This document shows, piece after piece, positions 1-10,277 of a DNA stretch of 64,000 nucleotides. Position 1 is the stretch's first letter; each line of letters begins with the position of its first letter. A program made the position numbers and the translations under genes. The notes under the pieces were generated by a model. It had not been told where the DNA came from, did no database searches, and saw only the letters and a program-made list of their open reading frames with translations. Origin of the DNA: Mobula hypostoma (taxonomy: Eukaryota); NCBI RefSeq assembly GCF_963921235.1, contig NC_086097.1:166472001-166536000 (forward strand). Direction: 5' to 3'.

Positions 1-385
1 ATGATAATATAATATAAGTACATATTTTAATGTCATATTTTCTGCATATACCCAACTTTGTTTACAGATTAGACAAAATCACTAAACAAAGTATTACATA
101 CACCCTTGGAGGTCGACTGGGGGTGGGGGATATGGGGTTTTGGGGGGGGGGTGCGGAGGCGCTACCTCCCTGAAATGGTGGTGCTACCTCCCTGAAATGA
201 GTTTTTGCAGGCTGGGATGTCTGCTATAGAAAAGAGTACAGTCAAGGTTTCGTTCTGAGACAGCTGACTTTAAAATCTTTTTGCAGGCATGTGAGGGAAA
301 AAGATTTGTGAAAACAAATGTCATCCCTTTACTGTCAGAAAGGTGAACAAAAACATCGCAGACCACTTGAAGAAATACTTTATAA

Positions 386-1130
386 ATGCAAAAGTTTCAG
401 CAGAAGCTGGAAATCTTGAGCAGCACACAGAAAATACTGGAGGAACTCAAAAAGTCAGGCAGCATAAGACATCAGACCATAAGATATAGGAGTAGAATGA
501 GGCTATTTGGCCCATCAATTCTGCTCCATCATTCAATCATGGCTGATTTATTATCCCTCTCAAGCCCAGTTCTCCTGCCTTCTCCCCTTAACTTTGTTGC
601 CCTTACTAATAAAGAAACTATCAAACTCTACTTTAAATATATCCAATAACTTAGCTTCCACAGCTGACTGTGGCAATAAATTCCACGGATTCATCACCCT
701 CTGGGTACTTCTCCTTGTCCACTTCTTCTAGAGTTTTCAATATTTGATACAGTTCAATGAAATCCCTCTCATTTGTCTAAGCTCCAGTGAGTACAGGGCA
801 ATCAAATGGTCCTCATAAGATTGATGTTTCGGGCCAAGACCTTTCATCAGACATGCGAAGAAGCCAGAACAAGATGGTGGGGTGTGGGGAAGGAGTACAA
901 GCTGATAGGTGATAGGTGAGACCAGGTGAGAGGGAAGGTGGTTGGATGGGGTGTATGAATAATGTAGCTGGGAGAGAATAGGTGGAAGAGGTAAAGAACT
1001 GAAAAAGGAGGAATCTAATAGAAGAAGACAGTAGACCATGGGAGAAAGGGAAGAAGGAGAGGAACCAGAGGGAGATGATGGGCAGGTGAAGGGAAGAGAA
1101 AGGGCGAGAGTGGAACAAGAATAAGGAATG
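386..1130 (-). mobile_element. Decayed Penelope-like element 3' region, interrupted by a CR1 fragment and cut by an LTR element
   Basis: PLE terminal motif (gctggaaatcttgagcagcacacagaaaatactggaggaactc) at 386-463. Hammerhead remnant at about 821-852 (minus strand ctgatgaaaggtcttggcccgaaacatc). The purine-rich tract is like those in the PLE copies at 20945 and 23477. Confidence 0.7.
463..818 (-). mobile_element. CR1 LINE 3' end fragment
   Basis: Tail (cataaga)n and 3' UTR similar to the other CR1 copies (28880, 57842); C-terminal peptide LIALYSLELRQMRG. Confidence 0.75.
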
Positions 1131-1134
1131 CAAT

Positions 1135-1794
1135 TGTAGCCCCACTGGCCACCTTCAGGGTCGCTCGGCTCGCTGTCGTCTAGGGAAACAACCCTCGGCC
1201 CCGCCAAACTGGGTAATTAGTTTGTGTAGATGCTGTGTGATGTACCCCACCCTGCCCAAATAACAGACAATACACCAGATACGATTAAATGATTTACAGT
1301 TTACAGATATTACTGGAACTATATAATTGATAGAGAATAAAATATAAAAGGAAAATAAAAGGTGCCACACTTATCAAAGTTCAATCTCTTTGTGCACAAA
1401 ACAGTTGGAGCTCAAGAACCTTCTTCTTCACCCTGTGACCCCTCGGACCACCTCGACCAGCCGCCTGGGACCAACAACGATGGTCGACCAGACGCTCCAC
1501 ACGAGTCCATCTCTGTCTCCTCGCCAAACGCCCTCCTCGGGGTCCGACCCCGTTAGCGGACATCACAGCACCTGGTCCATCCTCTGTCTCACTCTCCCGC
1601 CTTCTCCCCCAAAAATCCGCGCATACAAATCTCCCAGATACACCAAAAGCATAACAACTATCCCAGTTGGTTAATAGCACCCTGCTGTCTGTATTAACCC
1701 AAGCAAATGTCTAGCTAGAGGTTTTCTCAGCATTTAACATAACAAAGAAGCCATTTTAATTAGCCTACGCAGTAAAAGACGAAACCCTCTTACA
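1135..1794 (-). mobile_element. 3' LTR of a Gypsy-type retrotransposon (660 bp)
   Basis: Minus strand starts TGTAAG (1794) and ends GCTACA (1135). It is immediately preceded on the minus strand by a polypurine tract tggtggagggagag (1808-1795). Confidence 0.85.
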
Positions 1795-3705
1795 CTCTCC
1801 CTCCACCAAATAAAGTCATGTCTTCATGACTTCTAAATAACTCGCCAACCAGTCTTGCAGACACACAACACACACATACACAGATACACACAGTGACAGT
1901 GCTCCCCAAACAGTGGACCTTACGCCTGTCCCACGGGCGCTACATAGGCCAACCTATCTGGGAGCTTCTTAACCCTCCAAGACCTCCGTACCCCCTCACC
2001 TAAACCCAAAAGGCTCAGACACTACTAGGGATACCTCGGGCCTGCTTGCCAACTCCTCTCTCACTCAGGCCACCACTACAGCTCGGAGCCCCCTGTCCCG
2101 TGTCCGGAGCCCCGCCTCTCCTCCTTCCTGATTCTGCCATAACTCAGACTGCCCACAGCTGGCCCTCCCCACTACACCTGACTCAGTGGGAGAAGGGCCA
2201 AAGGTCTCTTCATCAATCATGGGGAAGTTAGCGAAAGGCAGCATGTACCATATGTGCAGCACATCATCCTTCGAATCCGTATTCTTCCTCATTCCCTCGT
2301 TTGGTAGATGCTGTTTAAGTTTCTCCAAACTGAAACATTTAGCCGGGGCTACCCCTTCAGCCTCCTGCAGTCGAGACGTCAGCTTCTTCGGGGACTCCTT
2401 CAACTCTCGCCACAGCCTCAGCAGTTCTGACTCAGGGTTCTTGGCCATCTCAATCTGGGACGCAGTTACCCCACCAGCTTCTTCCACCCTGACCTGAAAA
2501 GCAGCAGTTAAAGAATGTTCAGCCTCCGGTTTTTACTTCCTGATGACGTCTTCCAGGTGAACGTTCAGTTTTTCCACTTCATTTAAACTGTCAGTAGTCA
2601 TCTTCAGGCTCCTTTCAAGCGTCCGTCTCCCCTTTCCGAGATCTGTCCTCCATTTCTTCACCTCCTCGGGAGTGTAGTGAAACTCCCCTCCCTGGGCTCT
2701 CGGTTTTCTGTTGGCCTTAGTCAGAACACTTCCTTGATCTTCCCCAACTTGTAAGTCTTCCAATCTTTTCTGAATCGACGTCTTGAGTTTCCACTGATCC
2801 CTTCAAAGGTGGTCATTGTTTCTGCTCGCTGGATTAATTCATCAGTACATGACCGCAGTGTCGGCTTAGAATTCTGTTGCTCCTTCTCCACGTTGACGAG
2901 CGTGAATTCCAAGTCTGCAATGGTCATTCCACAAGTGTGGCACTCAGTCTCCGGCTGGCATTTCTGAGCACTCAGTTCAGCAGTGCAAATCCCCTCTCTC
3001 CCCTGTGTCTCATTCAGATTGACAACCTGGGTTTCCATCCCCAGGTCCACCACCATCTGTTCCAACAACAGGAAGTTCAACTGGTATCTCGGGTCATTTT
3101 TCTCACATTGCACCAAACTCCTCCGGCCAAAAAATCCTCCACATTTGACACTTCGCTTCTGTCGCCCGGGCTCAGTCACTCACCTCGCTTCATAGTCCCC
3201 CAGGCGAATCCAAGCTCTAGACGGTCATCCACATACGCCAAAACTCCACACACCTTCACTTCCCCCATGGTCTTCCTCATGCCCTGCGGGAAGGATGCAA
3301 GGGCTCCGGATATGCCCTTGGGCATCTTTTCGGATCGGAAGAATCCTAGGGAACTAATAACGGCCGTCTTCGGCTCAACAGCCGCACTCCTTGGGATCTG
3401 GCAACATCCACTCCTCAGATGCAGCACATTAAACCACGTCGCATAATCCACACACACGCTGCCTCCATCTTCCACTGCGCCAGGGTCCAGTTGCCACGAC
3501 CGCGGTCTTCAGCGGTCAACTCCCCTCCCTCGTGGTGGTCCGGAGCATCTACTAAGAGGGTCTCACCCTCAGCTACTTTCCCCAGACCGTACCACCACTG
3601 GGATTCGCTTAAATTCGGTACCGGATTTAAGGCTGCTACACACGTCCTCAGAAGCAACTCGACATGCTGGGTGCCCAGACAGTGCCCCCATGAACTCCAC
3701 AATGC
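1795..3705 (-). mobile_element. Gypsy internal region: deleted RT, captured myosin segment and pol C-terminal tail; 5' truncated
   Basis: RT motifs in ORF 3176-3475 ([37 protein letters not shown] at 3235-3224). Gypsy pol C-terminal motif EGVRRSWRVKKLPDRLAY at about 1995-1944, followed by PPT and LTR. Confidence 0.85.
2296..3180 (-). pseudogene. Processed, internally deleted sarcomeric myosin heavy chain rod fragment (MYH16-like) inside the Gypsy element
   Basis: Consecutive peptides [102 protein letters not shown] and [24 protein letters not shown] follow the order of the myosin II S2/LMM rod as recalled. No introns; frameshift and stops present. Confidence 0.82.
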
Positions 3706-4010
3706 ATAATAATAGTGAAAAACTGTGAATTACTGTAAGTATATATATTAAGTAGTTAAATTAAATAAGTAGTGCAAAAGTAGAAAAAAAAAGTAGTGAG
3801 GTAGTGTTCATGAGTTCAATGTCCATACAGAAATCATATGGCAGATGGGAAGAAGCTGTTCCAGAATCGCTGAGTGTGTGCCTTCATGCTTCTGTAGCAT
3901 GAGAACAAGACATGACCTGGGTGATGGAGGGGCTCAATGATGGACACAGCCTTTTTGAACCATCACTCCTTGAAGATGTCCTGGATACAACAGAGGCTAG
4001 TGCTCGTGAT
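3706..4010 (-). mobile_element. Rex1/Babar-type LINE 3' fragment
   Basis: Similar to the 3' part of the copy at 4672-6090 (gtgaggtagtgttc...gaagaagctgttcc). Confidence 0.7.
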
Positions 4011-4019
4011 GGAGAATAC

Positions 4020-4450
4020 AAATAATATTCCAGAATTGGCAGGGTCCATCAGGTCTAGGGAAACAAAGAAACTGAAGAGTATGTGTTAGTTGGAAAAAGA
4101 TGTTAGGGAAATCAATGGAAATGAAGGCTGATAAATCCTCAAGGCCCGATAATCTGTGCCTCAAAATACTTAAAGAAGCAACTCCAAAAATAGTAGACAC
4201 ACTGGTTGTTATTTACCACCTTTCTTTGGTCTCTGCTTCAATGGAGGGTAGTATCACTATTTACAAAAGGGGAAGAAGGAAAACAAATACTTAAGGCGGG
4301 TTGGCCTGATATCAGTAGTGGGCCATTATAAAACATGCACGCAGTACTTGGAGAGCAGTCACAAGGTCAGTCAATGTGAACATGGATTTAAGGAAGAAAG
4401 GTTATGCTTGACAAATTTCTTTGAACCTTTTAAGGATATCAGCAGTAGTT
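4020..4450 (+). mobile_element. Decayed CR1 LINE ORF2 fragment
   Basis: Peptide DKSSRPDNLCLKILKE (the CR1 KSPGPD..PRVLKE motif) and a downstream QHGF..CLTN-like segment. Confidence 0.6.
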
Positions 4451-4671
4451 CAAATGTCTAATTTCTGAGGTGGCAGAACTGATGAATAAAGAAAAATCCA
4501 GATGTTTCACCATATGTTCACTAGAGTTTGGATTATTGAGAGTGCATATCAAAGTTCAAAGTAAATTTATTATTAAAGTATGTCATCATATACATCCCTG
4601 ATATTCATTTTCTTGTGGGCATTCACTGTAAGTACAAAGAAACAAAAAACAAACAAAATAATAATAATAAA

Positions 4672-6090
4672 TTCAGAATCAGAATCAGGTTTATTAACAC
4701 CAGCATGTTGTAAAATTTGTTAGCTTAGCAACAGCAGTTCAATGCAATACGTAAAATAGAAGAAAGACAGAAATAATAAATAAATAAGTAAATCAATTAC
4801 AGTATACATATATTGAATAGATTAAAAAATGCAAAAAACAGACAAATATATATTAAAAAAGTGAGGTAGTGTTCAGGGGTTCAATGTCCATTTAGGAATT
4901 CGATGGCAGAGGGGAAGAAGTTGTTCCTGAATCACTGAGTGTGTGCCCTCAGGCTTCTGTATCTCCTACCTGATGGTAACAGTAAGAAAAGGGCATGCCC
5001 TGGGTGCTGGAGATCCTTAATAATGGACACTGCCTTTCTGAGACACCGCTCCTTGAAGGTGTCCTAGGTACTTTGTAGGCTAGTACCCAAGATGGAACTG
5101 ATTAAATTTACAACCCTCTGCAGCTTCTTTCAGTCGTATGCAGAAGCCCCTATCCCCATACCAACATGATGCAGTCTGTCAGAATGCTCTCCACGGTACA
5201 TCTATAGAAGTTCTTGAGTGTAGTTGTTGACATGCCAATCCTTTTCAAACTCCTAATAAAGTATAGTCGCTGCCTTGCCTTCTTTATAACTGCATCGATA
5301 TGTTGGGACCAGGTTAGGTCCTCAGAGATCTTGACACCCAGGAACTTGAAACTGCTCACACTCTCCACTTCTGACCCCTCTATGAGGATTGGTATGTGTT
5401 CCTTTGTCTCATCCTTCCTGAAGTCCACCATCAGATCTTTCGTCTTACTGATGTTGAGTGCCAGGTTGTTTCTGCGACACCACTCCACTAGTCGGTATAT
5501 CTCGCTCCTGTATGTCCTTTAATCTCCATCTGAGATTTTACCAACAGCGGTTGTATGATCAGCAAATTTATAAATGGTACTTGAGCTATGCCTAGCCACA
5601 CAGTCATGGGTATATAGAGAGTAGAGCAGTGGGCTAAGCACACCCCCCCGAGGTGCACCAGTGTTGATCGTCAGCGAAGAGGAGATGTCATCACCAATCC
5701 GCACAGATTGTGGTCTTCCAGTTAGGAAGTTGAGGATACAATTGTAGAGGGAGGTATAGAGGTCCAGGTTCTGCAACTTTTTGGGAATTGTAGGAATGAT
5801 AGTATTAAATGCTGAGCTATAGTTGATGAACAGCATCCTGACATAAGTGTTTGTGTTGTCCAGGTGGTCTAAAGCCATGTGAAGAGCATTTAAGATTGCA
5901 TCTTCTGTTGACCTATTGCGGCGATAGGCAAATTGCAATGGGTCCAGGTCCTTGCGAAAGCAGGAATTCAGTCTAGTCATGACCAAACTCTCAAAGCATT
6001 TCATCACTGTAGATGTGAGTGCTACTGGGCGATAGTCATTAAGGCAGCTCACATTATTTTTCTTAGGCACTGGCATAATTGTTGCCTTGA
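4672..6090 (-). mobile_element. Rex1/Babar-type LINE, 5' truncated, with RT domain
   Basis: ORFs 5519-6076 ([48 protein letters not shown]) and 5150-5488 (FKFLGV.ISEDLTW, KKARQRLYF). The (ttctga)n tail is at 4672-4688. Confidence 0.9.
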
Positions 6091-6149
6091 AATTATTGTT
6101 ATAGTTGAGGGGTAATAACAGACTTGAAATTATTGTTATAGTTGAGGAT

Positions 6150-6575
6150 TAATAACTGTTCCTGAACCGGGAGGGTGTAGGTCCTGAGACTCCTGTACTT
6201 CCTTCCTGATGACGGCAGCAAGAAGCGAGCATGGCCTGGAAAGTGTGGGTCCTTGAAGAAGGACGATGCTTTCCTGCATTACCACTCCATGTAGGTATGC
6301 CCAATGGTGGAGAGGGCTCTATCCATGATGGATTGAGCTAGATCCACTACTTTTTGTAGACTTTTCCATTTAAGGGCATGATGCAACCAGTCAATATACA
6401 CTACACAACACACCTATAGGCTTGTCAAAGTTTTAGGTGCCATGCCGAATCTTCACAAATTTCTGCAAGAGTAGAAGAGTTGCTGTGTTTTCTTCATAAT
6501 GACACTTACGTGCTGGACCCAAGACAAATACTGCAAAATGATTACACTGATGAGTTTAAAGTTGCTGACCCTTCT
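6150..6575 (-). mobile_element. Older Rex1/Babar-type LINE fragment
   Basis: Degenerate similarity to the C-terminal coding part of 4672-6090. Confidence 0.6.
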
Positions 6576-6579
6576 TTCT

Positions 6580-7282
6580 AGGATCACTAGATTCCGGAAT
6601 TGTTTCAAAGGACCAGAAAATCGCAAATGTCACTCCACTCTTTAAAAAGAGAGCAAGACAAAAGAAAGGAAATTATTAGGGTGGTTATCCTGACTTCAGT
6701 GCTTGGGTAGATGTTGTAGTCCATTATTAAAGATGGGTTTTGGGGTATTTGGGGGCCTTTGTCAAGGTGTCGTACATGAGGCTGCTCAACAAGATAAGAG
6801 TCTACTGTATTACAGAAAAGATACTAGTATGATGGACAATTGCCTGTTTGGCAGTAGGCAAAAATTGCAAATAAAGGTTGGCTAGTGCTCTTCTGCTGGG
6901 GTTGATATTGGGACCACTTCTTTTACACTAAATTTCAATGAATTGGATGACATAATTGATGATGTTACGTGGGCACGTGGCGAAGTGGTTAAGGCATTGG
7001 ACTAGCTACCTGAAGGTCATGAGTTCGGGCCCCAGCCAAGGGAACGTGTTGTGTCCTTGAGCAAGGCACTTAATCGCACGTTGCTCTGTATGGGTCCTAA
7101 TGCCCTTCCCTTGGACAACATTGGTGATGTGGAGAGGGGGAGACTTGCAGCATGGGCAACTGCTGGTCTTCCATACAACCTTGCCCAGGCCTGCGCCCTG
7201 GAGAGTGAAGACTTTCCAGGCGCAGATCCATGGTCTTGCAAGACTAACGGATGCCTTTAGTTGATGACTCTGTGGCCAAGTT
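6580..7282 (+). mobile_element. Decayed CR1 RT fragment split by a SINE
   Basis: gcaaatgtcactccactctttaaaaag...ctgacttcagtg matches the CR1 copy at 33725-33850; it resumes after the SINE (ttgatgactctgtggccaagttt). Confidence 0.6.
6969..7259 (+). mobile_element. tRNA-derived SINE
   Basis: Pol III A box (tggcgaagtgg) and B box (gagttcgggcc) followed by tgtccttgagcaaggcacttaa; the head is shared with the SINE at 56775-57072. Confidence 0.8.
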
Positions 7283-7922
7283 TGAATTGACTTTATTTCT
7301 TACATCATTCACATAGATGAGGAGTAAAAATCTTTATTTTATTTCTCCATCTAAATGTACCATGTACAATCATAGTAATTTATAATAAATAGAATAGTCA
7401 ATGTAATATAGAATACACTGAAATCAACGTGAGTTCATCATTCTGATGGCCTGGTGGAAGAAGCTGTCCTGGAGCCTGTTGGTCCTGGCTTTTATGCTGC
7501 AGTACCACTTCCTGATGGTAGCAGCTGGAATAGATTGTGGCTGGGATGACTTGAGTCCCCAATGATTCTTCGGGCCCTTTTTATACACCGGTCCTTGTAA
7601 ATGTCCTGAATCATGGGAAGTTGACAACTACAGATGTGCTGGGCTGTCCGCACCACTCTCTGCAGAGTCTTGCAATTAAGGGAGGTACAGTTCCCATGCC
7701 AGGCAGTGATGCAGCCAGTCAGGATGCTCTCAATTGTGCCCTTGTAGAAAGTTCTTAGGATTTTGGGGCCCATACCAATCTTTCTCCACCGTCTGATGTG
7801 AAGAAGGCGCTGTTCTGCCTTTTTCACCACACAGTTGGTGTGTACAAATCACATGAGGTCCTCGGTGATGTGGATGTCGAGGAACTTGAAGCTGTTTACC
7901 CTCTCAACCCCAGATCCATTGA
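7283..7922 (-). mobile_element. Rex1/Babar-type LINE 3' fragment
   Basis: ORF 7492-7830 (KKAEQRL, FYKGTIESILTGCITAWHGNC, LQRVVRTAQHI, HPSHNLFQLLPSG). Confidence 0.82.
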
Positions 7923-7924
7923 TA

Positions 7925-8226
7925 TCAATACAAAGTTTGCAGGCAATACAAAGATAGGTGGAGAGGAAGGTAGTGTTGAGGAAGCAGAGAGTCTGCAGAA
8001 GGACTTACACAAATTGGGAGAATGAGCAAAGCAGATGGAATATAGTGTGGGAAAGTGTTTGGTCATGCACTTTGTAGATGGAATAAAGGTATAGACTATT
8101 TTCTAAATGGGGAGAAAATTCAAAAACCTGAGGTGCAGAAGGACTTGGGAGTCCTAAAAGTTAACTTGCAGGTTGAGATGGTGGTAAAGAAAGCAAATGC
8201 AATGTTAGCATTCCTTTCAAGAGGAC
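7925..8226 (+). mobile_element. CR1 RT C-terminal fragment
   Basis: KFAGNTKIGG (degenerate FADDTK), LQKDL, QKDLGVL, VKKANAMLAF. Confidence 0.72.
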
Positions 8227-9173
8227 TCGCACACAGAACACAGAGTCCGGACCCCTCCTTGGGTACAGGACATAGGGCCGGAACTCACACACAGAACAGA
8301 GAGCCGGGATCCCTCCTTGGGTACAGGACATAGGGCTGGGACTCATGACCCTCCGCGGGGCAACGACAAGAAGGCCTGACTTACCCCACGGAGGCGAGGA
8401 CCACACAAGAGAAGACAAGACATGTCCCCCTGCAGAGCAACGGCAAGGTGGCCTGACTTACCCCATGGAGGCAAGGACAAGACAAGACAAGACCAATACA
8501 AATGAACACCGGGCAGTACCTATCTAGCTCTGGTGATGGAACTAGGCCGAAGTGCAGGCGGGGGCTGCAGACGAGGACTAGAGGCGAGAGGGGCAGAGAA
8601 GGGATTCAGACAAGGGTGTAGGACAGGAATCACAGACCGCCAGGGCCAGGACTTGACTCAGAACTGGGAAGCCACCAGGGCCAGGTCTTGACTTGGTGCT
8701 TGAATGCCGCCAGGGCCAGGACTTGACTTGGTGCTAGAATGCCGCCGGAGCCAGGACTTGACTTGGAGCCTCTGGGTAGTGGTGAGCTCTCGACTCTGCC
8801 CGGGAACAGTAGACAGCGCTTCTTGATTCCTTCCGGCGGGTTAACTGACGGACCTACCTCGGTGAGGAAACTTTGCAGGCTCGCTTTGGCGAGGTAACTG
8901 GACAGGGTTGCTCCGGTGAGGAGAGGCGAATTACCGGCACTCGCTTCGGCAGAGACTAGGCTCGCTCCGGCTAGATGACATCGGCACACCGTGACTTTGC
9001 AGACACTCCCGTGCCGAACGGCTGAAAACCGGAGACTATAAACTACCGGTTCAGCTGAGCGTTAATTGCCTCTAATCACCAAAGTCGAGGGACACAGGAA
9101 AACAGGGAATCAATGGTCCGGATCGTTACATAAACAAGGTAAATTTAAAGGGACCCCGATCCGGACCATGACA
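8227..9173 (-). mobile_element. Probable LTR fragment rich in internal tandem repeats
   Basis: Minus strand begins TGTCATGG at 9173. GC-rich, with about 57-bp units twice at 8228-8343 and gccagggccaggacttgact-type units about four times at 8638-8768. The other end was not found. Confidence 0.5.
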
Positions 9174-9399
9174 TATATGCATTCACCCTTTCTACACCCC
9201 TCATAAACCTCCATAAGATCACCCTCAACCTCTTATGTTCTGAGGAAAAATGTAAAGTTATAGAGAAAGACCAGCAAAAGGATGCTGAATGTGGAAAGAT
9301 TGGCCATGATCAGTACAAGGGGCCAAATGGCCAAGTCCTTTATTTTCTACGTTTCTAAATACTTGCACATGAATCTCCTGGCCTCCACATATTCATGTT

Positions 9400-9865
9400 A
9401 TGAAGAAAAAGGCATGCCAGTGGCAGTACTTCATTAGGAGTTTGAGGAGATCTGGTATGTCACCAAAGTCTCTATCAACTTTCTATACATGTAGATGCAC
9501 GGTGGAGAATATTTTGTCTGGTGCATGACTGCCTGCTATGGAGGCTCCAAAATGCAGGATCAAAAGAGGCTGCAGAGGGTTATAGACTCAATCAGTTCCA
9601 TCATGGCTACAAGCCTCCCCACCATCGAGGGCATCTTCAAGAGCTGGTGCCTCAAGAAGGTGGCATCCATCATTAAGGACCTTTATCGTCACGGTCTTGC
9701 CGCTTCTCAATACTACCATCAGGTAGGACATAAAGGTGCCTGAAGACTCGCATTCAACATTTTAGGAGCAGCTTCTACCCCTCCACCAACAAATTTCTGA
9801 ATGGTCCATGTACACTACCTTGCTATTATTTTGTGCTATTTACTTATTTATCGTTTATAAGTTTG
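9400..9865 (+). mobile_element. Rex1/Babar-type LINE 3' fragment
   Basis: CMTACYGG...KRLQRV...SLPTIEGIF...CLKKVASIIKD in ORF 9495-9743. Confidence 0.7.
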
Positions 9866-9897
9866 CATCGTGGAAGCAGATCCTCAGCTTCAGTGAA

Positions 9898-10235
9898 TGT
9901 GACAGAGGTCACCTAGTGCGAGTAAGCACAATAACTATTTATTTACAAACAATAGTGAAACGGTCATCCAAGCGTCTAAGTCAAATAAGTTCTAATCTGC
10001 AATACACTTTCCCAATGGTTCCTTAGCCCTGGTCACAATCCTGCCAGATGGGAACCCCTAGCAACAGAGCATCAGGCACACACTATTCTTATAACCCTTG
10101 GGAGCAGAAAGCTGGAAGCCGGTGCCATGTTGCGAAAGCCAGCCAATGGAGAGAGCTGCTACATCCTTCAAATGGGCCAATCAGCGGCAGGCACAGCGGA
10201 AGCAGATTTTGGCTGCAGTTAACTTAACCATTACT
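9898..10235 (-). mobile_element. 3' LTR of an endogenous retrovirus (about 340 bp)
   Basis: Minus strand order: CCAAT elements (about 10180 and 10145), TATA-like ttataag (about 10088-10094), AATAAA (about 9945), terminal ...GTCACA at 9898. It lies just downstream of the env remnant. The 5' TG is not intact. Confidence 0.68.
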
Positions 10236-10277
10236 TACCATCCCTCAAAAGACATGACCTTCAGGCTTGTATTACCC

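Noticed and set aside
150..366. ORF 184-366 (minus) faintly like a hAT transposase C-terminus, plus a 17-bp direct repeat gctacctccctgaaatg
   Set aside because: Similarity is too weak and no TIR or TSD is visible within the window.
2296..3180. Myosin-like ORFs as exons of a real host MYH gene
   Set aside because: No introns or splice sites at the expected places; frameshift, stops and internal deletions; flanked on both sides by Gypsy pol sequence.
6969..7045. tRNA genes here and at 13830-13905 and 57000-57072
   Set aside because: A and B boxes are present but I see no complete cloverleaf or acceptor stem, and each runs into a SINE body; one has a clear TSD.
8636..8770. Short repeats with variable spacers resembling a CRISPR array
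   Set aside because: The spacers are related to each other (tandem repeat), the context is eukaryotic, and there are no cas genes.
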